From: Gemmatimonadota bacterium
GTDB taxonomy: Bacteria > Gemmatimonadota > Gemmatimonadetes > Gemmatimonadales > GWC2-71-9
Direction: 5' to 3'
DNA: 58,537 nucleotides
Assembly: GCA_024641735.1 (NCBI GenBank)
Contig: JAHECN010000002.1
Coordinates: 1-58,537, forward strand
The notes below the pieces were generated by a model, which searched no databases, was not told the DNA's origin, and saw only the letters and a list, made by a program, of their open reading frames with translations. A program made the position numbers and the translations under genes. Position 1 is the stretch's first letter. Each line of letters opens with the position of its first letter. Of this stretch, positions 42,659 to 52,569 are shown one piece after another.

Positions 42659-44899
42659 ATGGATGTCCGTCTGAGTCGCGAGATGCGACTCATCGATGTG
42701 ACCATGATCGGCGTCGGTGCCATGATCGGTGCCGGCATCTTCGTGCTTACAGGAATTGCGGCAGGGGTCGCTGGACCGGCGCTGATCCTGGTCTTCCTCC
42801 TCAACGGTGTGGTCGCGCTCCTCACCGCGATGGCGTATGCCGAACTCGGCGGCGCGGTGCACGGCGCCGGCGGCGGCTATCTCTACATCAAGGCCTCCCT
42901 CCCAGACCCGAGTGGGTTTCTGGCGGGATTGATGTCGTGGTTTGCCCATGCCGTGGCGTGCTCGCTCTACGGCCTCGGCTTTGGCGCCTACTTCCGGGAG
43001 GTGCTGAGCATCGCCGGAGTCCGGGACATTGTCACGCCGATCTTCCCGTTCGAAATCTGGATCGCCGTCGTCGCTTGTGCTCTCTTCGCGTACATCAATT
43101 TTCGAGGGGCATCCGAGACCGGCAAGGCGGGCAACGTCATCACGATCAGCAAGGTCGCGATCATCGGGGTGTTCATCGCGACGGGCCTGTGGGCGATGGT
43201 GCACCGCCCCGGGTGGCAGGGCTCCTTCACGCCGTTCATGACGCACGGCTGGGGCGGCGTGCTCGGGGCGATGGGCCTGACCTTCATCGCCTTCGAAGGG
43301 TACGAGATCATCGCGCAGACCAGTGAAGAAGTCATCGACCCCAAGCGCAATGTCCCGCGCGCGGTGTTCCTGGCAATCTTCATCGTGATCCCGATCTACC
43401 TCCTGGTGGCCCTCGTCTCGATCGGCGCCGTCGTGCCGCCTGCGGGGATGGCCATCACGGACTACCTCGCGCAAGGGAAGGAGATCGCCCTCGTCAATGC
43501 GGCGGACCAGTTCATGGTCGGCGGAGGCATTCTGATCATCGTCGGCGGCTTGCTGTCGACGGTCTCCGCGCTCAATGCCACGATCTACTCCTCCTCCCGC
43601 GTGGCGTTTGCCATGGCACGCGACGGCTCCCTCCCGGAAGTGATGGCGCGGGTTCACCCGGTGCGTGGCACGCCACACTGGTCCGTCATGGTCTCGGCGG
43701 TGCTGATCATCCTGATGGCCGTCGCACTGCCGATCGAGGAAGTGGCTGCGGCCGCGGGCATGACGTTCCTGTTCCTGTTCGGTGGCGTCAACATCGCGCT
43801 GATCCGGCTGCGGACGCTGCGTCCCGACCTCGATCGTGGCTTTCGGGTGCCGTGGGTTCCCTTCACACCGATCGTGGCGATCATCGCCATGCTCGTCATC
43901 GCGGTCGCGATGCTCCGCGACTATCCCAGTGCGTGGCTGGCCTCCGGGGGATGGATCCTGGCAGGCGGCATCTACTACTACGCGCACGGGCGGAAACGCG
44001 AAGCGCGCTTCCTCGAGCGCGTGCGCTGGATGGAGCGCCTCGAGCGCCGTGAGTACCGCGTGCTGGTGGCGATCTCCAACCTCGCAACCGCGCGTCATTT
44101 GATTGAGGTCGCCGCACCGATCGCACGTCAGCATGGCGGATCACTCGTCTTGGTGACCGTTCTGGAATTGCCGGAAGGAGAGGCCCTGGCCGCTGGACGA
44201 TCCCAAACCGGCGCCGCGGAGGCGTTGCTGGAGACGGCGGTCCGTTACGCGACGGAGCGCGGGGTGGCGTCGACGCCGGTGCTCCGGATTGCACACCGCA
44301 TCAGTCAGGGCATCACCGAAACCGCGCGTGAGGAGGGGTGCAACCTGCTGATCATGGGTCAGCCGGTCGGGCACTCTTTCCTCGAGCGGTTGGTGGCCTC
44401 GATTGTGGACCGCGTCCTGTCACGCGCACCGTGTCACGTCGCCGTGTTGTATGGTGCTGTCGATCCGAAGGCAATTTTGCGTGTGGTGGTTCCGATCACC
44501 GCCGGCCCCAATTCGCGCTTCGCCGCGGAACTGGCCACCGCGTTTCGGGACGGACTGGACGTTCCGATTCATCCGGTCACGGTGGTGGAGCGTGGCACGC
44601 AGCGGCCCGTCGCCGAGGCGATGGTGCAGGCGGCACGGGAGACCGCCAAGGAGGCGGGACTCCAGCTCGAGGTGCAGGTGTTGCACCGGCGCGAGACGGC
44701 CAGCGGTCTGGCCAATGCGGTTGGTGTGCAGTCCCTCGTGGTGATGGGCGGCCCGAGTGAAGGCCCGACGTTGCCATTGTTCGGGGACACGGTGCCCACG
44801 ACGATCGCCAAGCGTGGGACCAGTCCGGTGTTGGTGGTTCGCGCCGTCACGCCCCATCGCGCGGGACGATTCGAGCGCGCATTCTTCGGACAACGGTAG
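42659..44899 (+). CDS. APC-superfamily amino-acid permease fused to two C-terminal universal stress protein (USP) domains
   Basis: Start placed at ATG 42659 ([32 protein letters not shown]). About 12 TM helices are followed by two USP-like alpha/beta modules (RVLVAISN...LLIMG...CHVAVL and RVVVPITA...LVVMGG...PVLVVRA). Confidence 0.75.
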   Translation: MDVRLSREMRLIDVTMIGVGAMIGAGIFVLTGIAAGVAGPALILVFLLNGVVALLTAMAYAELGGAVHGAGGGYLYIKASLPDPSGFLAGLMSWFAHAVACSLYGLGFGAYFREVLSIAGVRDIVTPIFPFEIWIAVVACALFAYINFRGASETGKAGNVITISKVAIIGVFIATGLWAMVHRPGWQGSFTPFMTHGWGGVLGAMGLTFIAFEGYEIIAQTSEEVIDPKRNVPRAVFLAIFIVIPIYLLVALVSIGAVVPPAGMAITDYLAQGKEIALVNAADQFMVGGGILIIVGGLLSTVSALNATIYSSSRVAFAMARDGSLPEVMARVHPVRGTPHWSVMVSAVLIILMAVALPIEEVAAAAGMTFLFLFGGVNIALIRLRTLRPDLDRGFRVPWVPFTPIVAIIAMLVIAVAMLRDYPSAWLASGGWILAGGIYYYAHGRKREARFLERVRWMERLERREYRVLVAISNLATARHLIEVAAPIARQHGGSLVLVTVLELPEGEALAAGRSQTGAAEALLETAVRYATERGVASTPVLRIAHRISQGITETAREEGCNLLIMGQPVGHSFLERLVASIVDRVLSRAPCHVAVLYGAVDPKAILRVVVPITAGPNSRFAAELATAFRDGLDVPIHPVTVVERGTQRPVAEAMVQAARETAKEAGLQLEVQVLHRRETASGLANAVGVQSLVVMGGPSEGPTLPLFGDTVPTTIAKRGTSPVLVVRAVTPHRAGRFERAFFGQR

Positions 44900-44909
44900 G
44901 AGGCAGCGG

Positions 44910-45599
44910 ATGCAGGGTCTTCAGGGTCCTTCGGCAGAACTGAGTGCGCAATTCACCAATTACCTCCCGACCTTCACGGCAGGGTTGGTCGTCGTGGGGG
45001 TCGGTGTGGTGGTCGGCTGGCTCGCCAAACGCGCGGCCATCGCGGCCCTGAAGTGGGTTCGCCTGGACCGGCTCGGGGGGCCCACGTCGTGGCGCGCGGC
45101 GCTCGCCAAGGGGGACGTGCGAGAAGCGCTGTACAATGTCGTCGGCACGATTGCGTTCAGCGTCGTGTTGCTGGTCTTCATGGACAACGCGCTCCAGATC
45201 TGGGGCCTCACGGTCCTCGCTGGCGAAGTCGACCGCGTCATTGCCTATCTGCCAAATCTCGCCATTGCAGGGCTGATCATCGGGGTCGGGACGCTGATCG
45301 CGAGTTCCGTGGGAGAGCGCGTCGAAGGTGCATTTGCCGAGGCGCATCTCGCCAGCCCGCAGTTGCTCGGGGGGATGGCCAAAGCGGCGGTGCTCGCGAT
45401 CGTGGCGGCGCTGGCCGTGTGGGAGCTCGACTTCGCGCGGCAGATCGTCATGGGGGCGTTTCTGATCGGGTTCGGTTCGATCGGCGTCGCCTTTGCAATC
45501 GCTGCCGGAATCGGGTCGCAGCAGGCGGTGCGTGATGCGTGGGGACAGGTCTTCGCGAAGCGCGACGGGGAGAAGGACGAACGGCCGCGCGACCGGTAG
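44910..45599 (+). CDS. Membrane protein with conserved-TM-helix repeats (MscS-N-terminal-like, PF05552-like)
   Basis: ATG 44910, after the RBS GGTAGGAGG. Repeated G/A/V/I-rich helices and a charged C-terminal tail. Confidence 0.45.
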   Translation: MQGLQGPSAELSAQFTNYLPTFTAGLVVVGVGVVVGWLAKRAAIAALKWVRLDRLGGPTSWRAALAKGDVREALYNVVGTIAFSVVLLVFMDNALQIWGLTVLAGEVDRVIAYLPNLAIAGLIIGVGTLIASSVGERVEGAFAEAHLASPQLLGGMAKAAVLAIVAALAVWELDFARQIVMGAFLIGFGSIGVAFAIAAGIGSQQAVRDAWGQVFAKRDGEKDERPRDR

Positions 45600-45680
45600 G
45601 CCCAACCCACGCATCCGTTGCCCCGAGGGGACCTTTTCGCGTATGCTATCGGGATCACTCCACCATCCCGAGGCTCGTCG

Positions 45681-47603
45681 ATGCGACTCCCCCTGATCCT
45701 TGTCGCGCTCAGTAGCGCTGCCACGCTGGCCTTCGCCAGCCCGCTCGCTGCGCAGTCCTCCGGTGTCGCCGTCGCCGACAGCTCGCCCTTCCGTCCACTG
45801 CAACTCGCGACGCCCAACGCGCAACGTACCGCCAGCGGACGGCCCGGTCACGGCTATTGGCAGCAACGGGTCGACTACCGCCTCGCGGCAACGCTCGACC
45901 CCGCGACGAATACGCTCCGCGGCTCGGGGACGATCCACTACGTCAACAACTCCCCCGACATTCTGACCTACCTCTGGTTTCATGTCGAGCAGAACATCTG
46001 CGAACCGACCAGTGTGACCAATGTCCTGAATCAGCCGCCACTGGTCTTCCTCGGCAGCGCGTTCGATTTTTCCTGTCAGGGGTTCGCGGGCGGCGGCACG
46101 CTGGAATCGCTCACAGCCGGCGGGCGCGAGCTGCAGCGCACACGTTACGGCACCACGATGCGGGTCGAGTTGAGCACCCCGCTCGCCCCGGGTGGTGCCG
46201 TGGACCTCGCGTTGGCGTGGCACTTCAACGTGCCGAACTCCGGCGCGGCCCGCATGGGGCGCGATGGGCCACTCTATCAGATCGCCCAGTGGTATCCGCG
46301 CCTTGCAGTCTACGATGATATCCGCGGCTGGAACCAAGAGCCGTATATCGGGGCAGGGGAGTTCTATCTCGAGTACGGCGCGTTCGACGTGTCGATCACG
46401 GTGCCGGCCAGCTACCTAGTGGCGGCGACCGGCTCGTTGCGGAACCCCGACGCGGTGTTGACCGCGAGTCAACGGACGCGCCTGGCCCGAGCCCTCGGTT
46501 CCGAGACCCCGATCGCGATCGTGACCAAGGACGAAGCCACCAATATCCCCGCGACGCGACCCGCCACCACTGGCACGCTCACTTGGCATTTCACCGCCGA
46601 CAGCGTGCGTGATTTTGCCTTCGCCGCGGGTCCGGGGATGCGATGGGATGCCAGCGGCTACAACGGGATCTTGATCGAGACATTGTACCGGCCGTCGGCT
46701 GTCGCCTTCGAAGAGACCAATCGGATGGCCCGCGAGGCGATCAAGCACTTCAGTGAGCAGTGGTTCCCGTATCCGTATTCCCATGCGACGAGCGTCGAAG
46801 GGCCGGTCGAGGGGATGGAGTATCCGATGATCACCTTCGTGCCGAATAGCCCGACCCGGGAGGATCTCCAGTGGGTGATCGCCCACGAGTTGGGCCACCA
46901 GTGGTTTCCGATGGTGGTTGGTTCCAACGAACGCCTCTACCCCTGGATGGATGAAGGGTTCAATACGTTCATCGATCTCGAGAACGTGGCGAACTACTTC
47001 CGGGGCACGGCCTACGGCGATTCCATCGAGGTGCATCCGTTCAACCTGTATGCTGCGCACGCCACGCCGGGGCAGGAACAACCGATGATCTCGAAGCCGG
47101 TCGAGGTGCGCGACCTTTTTTGGATCGGCTACCAGAAGCCGGCGCTGATGATGCGACAGCTGCGCGAGGAAGTGCTTGGGCGGGAGCGGTTCGATCGTGC
47201 CTTCCGTGAGTACATCCGTGCCTGGGCGTACAAGCATCCGACGCCGACAGACTTCTTCCGGGTCATGCGGGACGCCTCGGGGATGGAGCTTGACTGGTTC
47301 TGGCGTGGCTGGGTCTTCACGACCGCCAGGCTGGACCAGGCGGTGGTCGGCATCACCAACGTGGCAGGGAAGCCCGCGGAGGTGGCGCTCGCCAATCTCG
47401 GCACGATGGTCATGCCGGCAGAGTTGGCACTGACCTTTGCCGACGGGAGCACCACGACGATCCGGTTACCGGTCGAGATGTGGAATCTTGGTCAGCGTTT
47501 TACGTACCGCGTGCCAGGTGGGAAGTCCGTTCGGCGGGCTGTGCTCGATCCGCGCGCCGCCCTGACGGATATCGATCGTTCCAATAACGTCTGGCCGAGG
47601 TAA
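45681..47603 (+). CDS. M1 family metallopeptidase (aminopeptidase N-like), secreted
   Basis: Start placed at ATG 45681 (MRLPLILVALSSAATLAFASPLAAQ signal). HELGHQWF followed by WMDEGF gives the HExxH-18-E gluzincin signature. Confidence 0.85.
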   Translation: MRLPLILVALSSAATLAFASPLAAQSSGVAVADSSPFRPLQLATPNAQRTASGRPGHGYWQQRVDYRLAATLDPATNTLRGSGTIHYVNNSPDILTYLWFHVEQNICEPTSVTNVLNQPPLVFLGSAFDFSCQGFAGGGTLESLTAGGRELQRTRYGTTMRVELSTPLAPGGAVDLALAWHFNVPNSGAARMGRDGPLYQIAQWYPRLAVYDDIRGWNQEPYIGAGEFYLEYGAFDVSITVPASYLVAATGSLRNPDAVLTASQRTRLARALGSETPIAIVTKDEATNIPATRPATTGTLTWHFTADSVRDFAFAAGPGMRWDASGYNGILIETLYRPSAVAFEETNRMAREAIKHFSEQWFPYPYSHATSVEGPVEGMEYPMITFVPNSPTREDLQWVIAHELGHQWFPMVVGSNERLYPWMDEGFNTFIDLENVANYFRGTAYGDSIEVHPFNLYAAHATPGQEQPMISKPVEVRDLFWIGYQKPALMMRQLREEVLGRERFDRAFREYIRAWAYKHPTPTDFFRVMRDASGMELDWFWRGWVFTTARLDQAVVGITNVAGKPAEVALANLGTMVMPAELALTFADGSTTTIRLPVEMWNLGQRFTYRVPGGKSVRRAVLDPRAALTDIDRSNNVWPR

Positions 47604-47610
47604 CCTCCGC

Positions 47611-48183
47611 GTGACCAAGAATCGACTCGAGGCGTTCAGCGACGGCGTGATGGCGATCATCATCACCATCATGGTGCTGGAGATGAAGGTGCCGCATGGC
47701 TCCGACTGGTCGGCCCTCACGCCGCTCTGGCCCGTCTTCGTGAGCTACGTCCTGAGCTTCACGTATCTCGGCATCTACTGGAACAACCACCACCACTTGT
47801 TCCAGGCGGTGCACAAGATCAGCGGTCCCGTCCTGTGGGCCAATATGCACCTGCTGTTCTGGTTGTCCTTGGTGCCGTTCGTGACGGGGTGGATGGGAGA
47901 GAACCACTTCCACGATCTTCCGGCCGCGCTGTATGGGTTCGTGCTCCTGATGGCCGCCGTCGCCTTCTCGATCCTCGTGCGGGTGTTGTTGCGGCAGCAT
48001 CCCGAGGACTCCGTCTTGGCTCGGGCGATTGGTGGCGACCGGAAGGGCAACGTCTCGCTCGCCGCTTACGTGGTGGCGATTCCCCTCGCCTTCGTGCACG
48101 AGTGGGCCTCCCTGGTCATCTTCGCGGGTGTTGCGGCGCTCTGGTTCGTGCCGGATCGTCGGATCGAGGCGGTGATCGAATGA
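47611..48183 (+). CDS. TMEM175-family (DUF1211) potassium channel
   Basis: N-terminal signature RLEAFSDGVMAIIITIMVLE. 190 aa with 6 TM helices. Confidence 0.75.
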   Translation: MTKNRLEAFSDGVMAIIITIMVLEMKVPHGSDWSALTPLWPVFVSYVLSFTYLGIYWNNHHHLFQAVHKISGPVLWANMHLLFWLSLVPFVTGWMGENHFHDLPAALYGFVLLMAAVAFSILVRVLLRQHPEDSVLARAIGGDRKGNVSLAAYVVAIPLAFVHEWASLVIFAGVAALWFVPDRRIEAVIE

Positions 48184-49754
48184 GGCATGCTGCGCGCATC
48201 GTGGTGGCAGCCTCGCAGCGTCCCCGCTTTTTCATGCCCGCCATGCGATCGAAGGGCATGCGCAGCCTGCTTGTTGGGTTAGTGCTCCTCTCCCCCCTCG
48301 ATGCCCAGCAGTTGACCCGGACGAGCCTCCTCGACGCGTCCTCGCTTCAGGCGGACCTGCAGGTTCTGCGGGAGGCCTACGGTGCGCTGCATCCGGGTCT
48401 CTACCGGTATCAGACTCCAGCGGAAGTGGGTGCCGGCTTTGATGCGGTCGCCGAGTACTTCCGTCGTGACCGCACGGTCGGGGAGGCTTTTCTGGCGCTG
48501 ACACGACTGACTGCGAGCATTCGGTGCGGCCATAGCTATCCCAACTTCGTGAATCAGCCGGAGCGCATTGCGTTGGCCCTCTTTCATGGCACCGACAAGC
48601 TGCCGTTCGAGTTTCGCTGGCTCGGGCGACGGATGATCGTGACCGCGGATCACTCGGAGCGTGGGACTCTGCCGAGGGGATCGGAGGTGCTCACGATCAA
48701 CGGGGTTCCCGCGGGGTCCATCCTCGACTCTCTCCTGCCGTTGGCCCGGGCCGATGGGGGCAACGATTCGAAGCGCGTCGCCTATCTCGAGGTGCAGGGA
48801 CGTGAGCGCTACCACGCCTTCGACGTGCTCTTTCCACTCATCCTCCCCGTGGACACGCCCAGCTTCCTGCTCACCGTTCGGCAGCCCGGGGATTCGCGCC
48901 TTCGCCGTGTTCGGGTCGCGGCCCTGACGCTGCAGGAGCGGCAACAGCAGGGGAACGGGCCAATGGCGTCGGAAGCCCCGGATGCGCCGCTCTGGAGCTA
49001 TCGGGTCGAGGGTGCGCTCGGAGTCCTCCTGATGCCGACATGGGCGTTGTTCAACTCGACCTGGGATGCCGTCGGCTGGACCGATTCAGTGCTGCAGGAC
49101 CTTGAGCGGCGCAAGATTCCCGATCTCGTCATCGATCTGCGCGGGAATGAAGGGGGCACTGAAGTGGGGAATGCGTTGCTGGCCCGTCTGATCGATGCCC
49201 CATTGCGTGTGCCACTGTATCGACGCCACGTCCGCTACCGCCGTGTGCCGGACACGCTCGCGCCCTATCTCGACACGTGGGATCCCTCCTTCCGGGATTG
49301 GGGTGAGTCCGCACAGCCGACCACGGACTCGCTCTTCTACCGCCTGACGCGTTGGGACGATGACGCGGATGGCTCCGACATTATCGTGCCTGCGCTTCCG
49401 CGCTATCGTGGCCGAGTGTGGGTCATTGTGGACGCGACCAACAGTTCGGCAACGTTCCAGTTTGCCCTCGCCGTCAAGCAGTCGGGGGTGGCCACATTGG
49501 TTGGACAACCGACCGGCGGCAACCGGCGTGGCATCAATGGTGGGGCGTTCTTCTTCCTGCGGTTGCCGCGAACGGGCATCGAGGTGGACTTGCCACTGAT
49601 CGCGGGATTCCCAGATACGCCACAGCCGGACGCCGGCGTGGTGCCAGACATCCTCGTCCAACCGAGTGTTGCGGACATCGCCCGGGGAGCAGACCCGGCG
49701 ATGCGCGCCATCCGTCAGCGCATCACGGCAGGTCGGGGGCCGCGGCGGAGGTAG
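48180..49754 (+). CDS. S41 family peptidase (tail-specific protease-like), secreted
   Basis: DLRGNEGG and IVDATNSSATFQFA motifs. ATG 48180 overlaps the upstream stop (ATGA), but the signal peptide (MRSLLVGLVLLSPLDAQQ) suggests the true start may be 48243 or 48258. Confidence 0.6.
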   Translation: MRHAARIVVAASQRPRFFMPAMRSKGMRSLLVGLVLLSPLDAQQLTRTSLLDASSLQADLQVLREAYGALHPGLYRYQTPAEVGAGFDAVAEYFRRDRTVGEAFLALTRLTASIRCGHSYPNFVNQPERIALALFHGTDKLPFEFRWLGRRMIVTADHSERGTLPRGSEVLTINGVPAGSILDSLLPLARADGGNDSKRVAYLEVQGRERYHAFDVLFPLILPVDTPSFLLTVRQPGDSRLRRVRVAALTLQERQQQGNGPMASEAPDAPLWSYRVEGALGVLLMPTWALFNSTWDAVGWTDSVLQDLERRKIPDLVIDLRGNEGGTEVGNALLARLIDAPLRVPLYRRHVRYRRVPDTLAPYLDTWDPSFRDWGESAQPTTDSLFYRLTRWDDDADGSDIIVPALPRYRGRVWVIVDATNSSATFQFALAVKQSGVATLVGQPTGGNRRGINGGAFFFLRLPRTGIEVDLPLIAGFPDTPQPDAGVVPDILVQPSVADIARGADPAMRAIRQRITAGRGPRRR

Positions 49755-49986
49755 CCCCGCCGACGGGGCACTCGACACAGGTACGCACTTCGGGATGCCC
49801 ACAGACCGGGCAGACATAGAGGTCGGCCACCGTCAGCGCGGTGTGCCGCAAGGCGTCCGCCAACTCAGCGGCGCGGCGTCGCGTCAACTGGGGGTGGGCA
49901 CACTCGGCGGCGATCTCGACCAGTGACGCCCGGACGCGATTGATGCGCCATTCGCGGAAGGTGGGGGCTTCAACCATGGTGGTCAT
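49723..49986 (-). CDS. Small zinc-ribbon protein (hypothetical)
   Basis: 87 aa. ATG 49986 is preceded by GGAGG. CPVCGHPEVRTCVECP is a CxxC-x7-CxxC ribbon. Third codon positions are G/C-rich. The 3' end overlaps the convergent S41 gene by 32 nt. Confidence 0.4.
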   Translation of the reverse strand: MTTMVEAPTFREWRINRVRASLVEIAAECAHPQLTRRRAAELADALRHTALTVADLYVCPVCGHPEVRTCVECPVGGATSAAAPDLP

Positions 49987-50194
49987 GGGGCCTCCGGATG
50001 CAGGACTCGGCGGGGGGGCCGATCCTTGGATGATAGCGCCGGTCCGAGGGCGCGCAAGTTGACCGTCAGGACGCAAGCAATGGGATGCCGGTGCCCCCCT
50101 TTGCGGAACGCACGGCTGAGTTGGAGCCACCGTCGTCCTGGATATACTTCCCTCGAGATCGCCACGTCCGGCCCCCCAATTCTCGGATCTTCTC

Positions 50195-50770
50195 TTGCCA
50201 GCTCGCCCGACCTCCCGCCTCTGGGGAATCCCCAAAGCCCTGCTCGGCCCGACCTGCATGGCACTCATCTTCCTTCTTGATCTGGTCACCCCGTTAGGCA
50301 CGAACGTCCCGCTGTTGTACTTGGTGCCCGTGCTCCTGCTGCATGACGAACGTCAGGTGGGGGTCTGGCTGGCGCACTTCGTCGTTGCGGTATCGCTGAC
50401 GGTGACCGTGCTCTTCGTCTCCCCGTTGCCCCCAAACGCCGTGGCGATTCCGCACGACGTCTTGTTCAATCGTGTTTCGTCCATGCTCGTGCTGGCCCTC
50501 TTTCTCTTCCGCCGGTACAAGGAGTTGAGCGCGCGGTCCCTGCTCTCTGAAATGCAGCGGGAACGTGAGGCGGCGCTGGTCCGTGCACTGGAACGGGAGC
50601 ACGTCCCCATCTGCGCTTGGTGCAAGAAGATCCGGCAAGCCGATGACAGCTGGCTCCCGCTGGAGTCCCACTATCATGCGACGACTGGGGAGAAGTTCAC
50701 CCACGCCATCTGCCCAAGCTGCAGTGACACCATGCTGCCCGACACGCCAAGCGCCACGTCCTCGGCCTGA
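50195..50770 (+). CDS. Membrane protein with C-terminal CxxC...HxxCPxC module (hypothetical sensor-like)
   Basis: N-terminal TM region with LDLVTPLGTNVPLLYLVPVLL. A coiled-coil segment (SEMQREREAALVRALERE). Then ICAWCKKIRQADDSWLPLESHYHATTGEKFTHAICPSCSD. The start codon is uncertain (TTG 50195 or ATG 50258). Confidence 0.55.
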   Translation: MPARPTSRLWGIPKALLGPTCMALIFLLDLVTPLGTNVPLLYLVPVLLLHDERQVGVWLAHFVVAVSLTVTVLFVSPLPPNAVAIPHDVLFNRVSSMLVLALFLFRRYKELSARSLLSEMQREREAALVRALEREHVPICAWCKKIRQADDSWLPLESHYHATTGEKFTHAICPSCSDTMLPDTPSATSSA

Positions 50771-50782
50771 GGACGTGGCGCT
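50750..50782 (+). terminator. Hairpin spanning the stop codon of the 50195..50770 gene
   Basis: Perfect 14-bp stem AGCGCCACGTCCTC / GAGGACGTGGCGCT with a 5-nt loop. The TGA stop (50768-50770) spans the loop / 3'-arm junction. Confidence 0.5.
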
Positions 50783-50830
50783 CGTGCGGCGGGGGATGGT
50801 CTCCGCCGGTTCTACGCTACTGTTTGCCCA

Positions 50831-51283
50831 TCACTCTGGCGCGCGCGTCCCATGGAACGAGCCCTTCACGACCTCCTCGCCTTTCGGTGTCCGGTACGTG
50901 GCGATCATGTTGCCCATCAGCATGCCATCCTGCACCACGCTGGCGGTACGCGTCCGAACCATCACGCCCTTGCGGAGAATGCTCTCGTATTCCGCGCTCT
51001 CAGCGATCATGCTGTCGCCATGGACGGCGACCTCAAGCGGAATGGGGTCGCGTCCGGCAAGCGTCATGGTCCAGGATGTCATGTCCGCGGTCCCAGTGAA
51101 GGTGCTGGCGACGGGGTCCGTGACGCCTTCCAGCGTGACCGTGTTGTTCCATGTCCCGGCGAAGTCCGCCAAGGTGGTGGCCGCCACGGCAACTGCCGTT
51201 GTCGTGTCAGGCGCCGGCTCGGCGTCCTTGGCCGAGCACGCGGCCAGCATGGTGACGAGCAGGAGTATGGGTACAGTGCGCAT
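50831..51283 (-). CDS. Lipoprotein (hypothetical)
   Basis: MRTVPILLLVTMLAAC signal with lipobox. 150 aa, beta-rich. Confidence 0.6.
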   Translation of the reverse strand: MRTVPILLLVTMLAACSAKDAEPAPDTTTAVAVAATTLADFAGTWNNTVTLEGVTDPVASTFTGTADMTSWTMTLAGRDPIPLEVAVHGDSMIAESAEYESILRKGVMVRTRTASVVQDGMLMGNMIATYRTPKGEEVVKGSFHGTRAPE

Positions 51284-51345
51284 GTGTCGCTCCAGAGTAG
51301 AAGTGGCATTGTAATAGGGTAACCTTGTAGCCTACCGCGATCTGG

Positions 51346-52419
51346 ATGATCGCGCAATTATTCTGCAATGGTAGGCGGCCGCTGTCCTGGAGGACCACAA
51401 TTCCCACGATCCTGATTGCGAGTTTCCTGGAACCGGTGCATGTGCAGCGGATTGCCGAGGCGTTCCCCGACCTGCGCATTCATTGTCGTCCTGAGCTGTT
51501 GCGCCAGCCACGCTACGCCGCTGATCACGATGGTGCTCCCAGCGTGCGCACCCCGGCGCAGGAGGCAGAGTGGCGGGCACTCCTGGCGGACGCCGAGATC
51601 ATGTTCGACTTCGATCAGACGCATCGCGAGGACCTGCCCGAACTCGCGCCACGCGTGCGCTGGATTCAGGCCACCAGTTCAGGGATTGGACCGTTTGTGG
51701 AACAGATGCGGTATCGGGAACGGATGCCCGCAACGGTTTTTACTCGGGCAAGTGGTGTGCACGCGCAACCGCTCGGTGAGTTTTGTCTGATGGCAATGAT
51801 GATGCACGCGCGCGGGTACGCACAGATGGCCGGGCAGCAGAGTGAACGGCGGTGGCAGCGTTTCGCCGGGACCGACCTGCGTGATCGCACGGTCGTGATC
51901 GTCGGCCTCGGGGCGATCGGTTCGGAGGTGGCGCGGATGGCACACGCGATCGGCATGCGCGTCGTCGGCGTCGGGCGGACTGCAGACCCGCCACGTGAGC
52001 TCGTCGTCCCGCTCGATGCCTATCATTCGGTGAGCGTGCTTGATGCGGTGCTTCCCGAGGCGGAGTATCTGGTGCTCGTGGTTCCGCACACGCCCGACAC
52101 CGTGGATTTGATGGGCCCGCGGCAACTCGCGCTCCTCCCCGCGGGTGCGGTGGTGATCAACATCGGGCGTGGCGCGCTGGTGGACGAGGCCGCGCTGATC
52201 GAGGCCCTGCAGGCGGGGCATCTTGGAGGGGCGGCCCTCGACGTCTTTCGGGAGGAGCCGCTCGCACCGGAATCGCCGCTCTGGACGTTGCCCAATGTCC
52301 TGATCAGCCCGCATTCGGCGAGTACCAGCGATCGGGAGAATGCGCGGCTGACCGATCTCTTCATCGAGAATCTCGGTCGCTATCTCGCCGGGACTCCCCT
52401 CAAGAACGTCCTGCGCTGA
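51346..52419 (+). CDS. D-isomer-specific 2-hydroxyacid dehydrogenase family protein
   Basis: NAD-binding motif VVIVGLGAIGSEVA. INIGRGALVDEAAL and ISPHSAS catalytic-region motifs. The exact start is uncertain. Confidence 0.8.
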   Translation: MIAQLFCNGRRPLSWRTTIPTILIASFLEPVHVQRIAEAFPDLRIHCRPELLRQPRYAADHDGAPSVRTPAQEAEWRALLADAEIMFDFDQTHREDLPELAPRVRWIQATSSGIGPFVEQMRYRERMPATVFTRASGVHAQPLGEFCLMAMMMHARGYAQMAGQQSERRWQRFAGTDLRDRTVVIVGLGAIGSEVARMAHAIGMRVVGVGRTADPPRELVVPLDAYHSVSVLDAVLPEAEYLVLVVPHTPDTVDLMGPRQLALLPAGAVVINIGRGALVDEAALIEALQAGHLGGAALDVFREEPLAPESPLWTLPNVLISPHSASTSDRENARLTDLFIENLGRYLAGTPLKNVLR

Positions 52420-52569
52420 TCACCGACTCCTGTAAAGAAATTCCGACCGTTGTACTCCCCTTAGCGGCCCACGGCGGCTGACGTTTGACCCACTTCGCTC
52501 GGCGATGTACCCTCCCAACGTCCGTGTGTACGTCGGTACCCTTGCCCGTTACTTCAGGAGTGCATTCTC

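Noticed and set aside
42536-44134. A 5' extension that turns queC into a 761-aa protein (ORF 41849..44134).
   Set aside because: The extension is antisense to the APC permease gene, it is Arg/Asp/His-rich, and QueC is complete from [16 protein letters not shown] at 42535.
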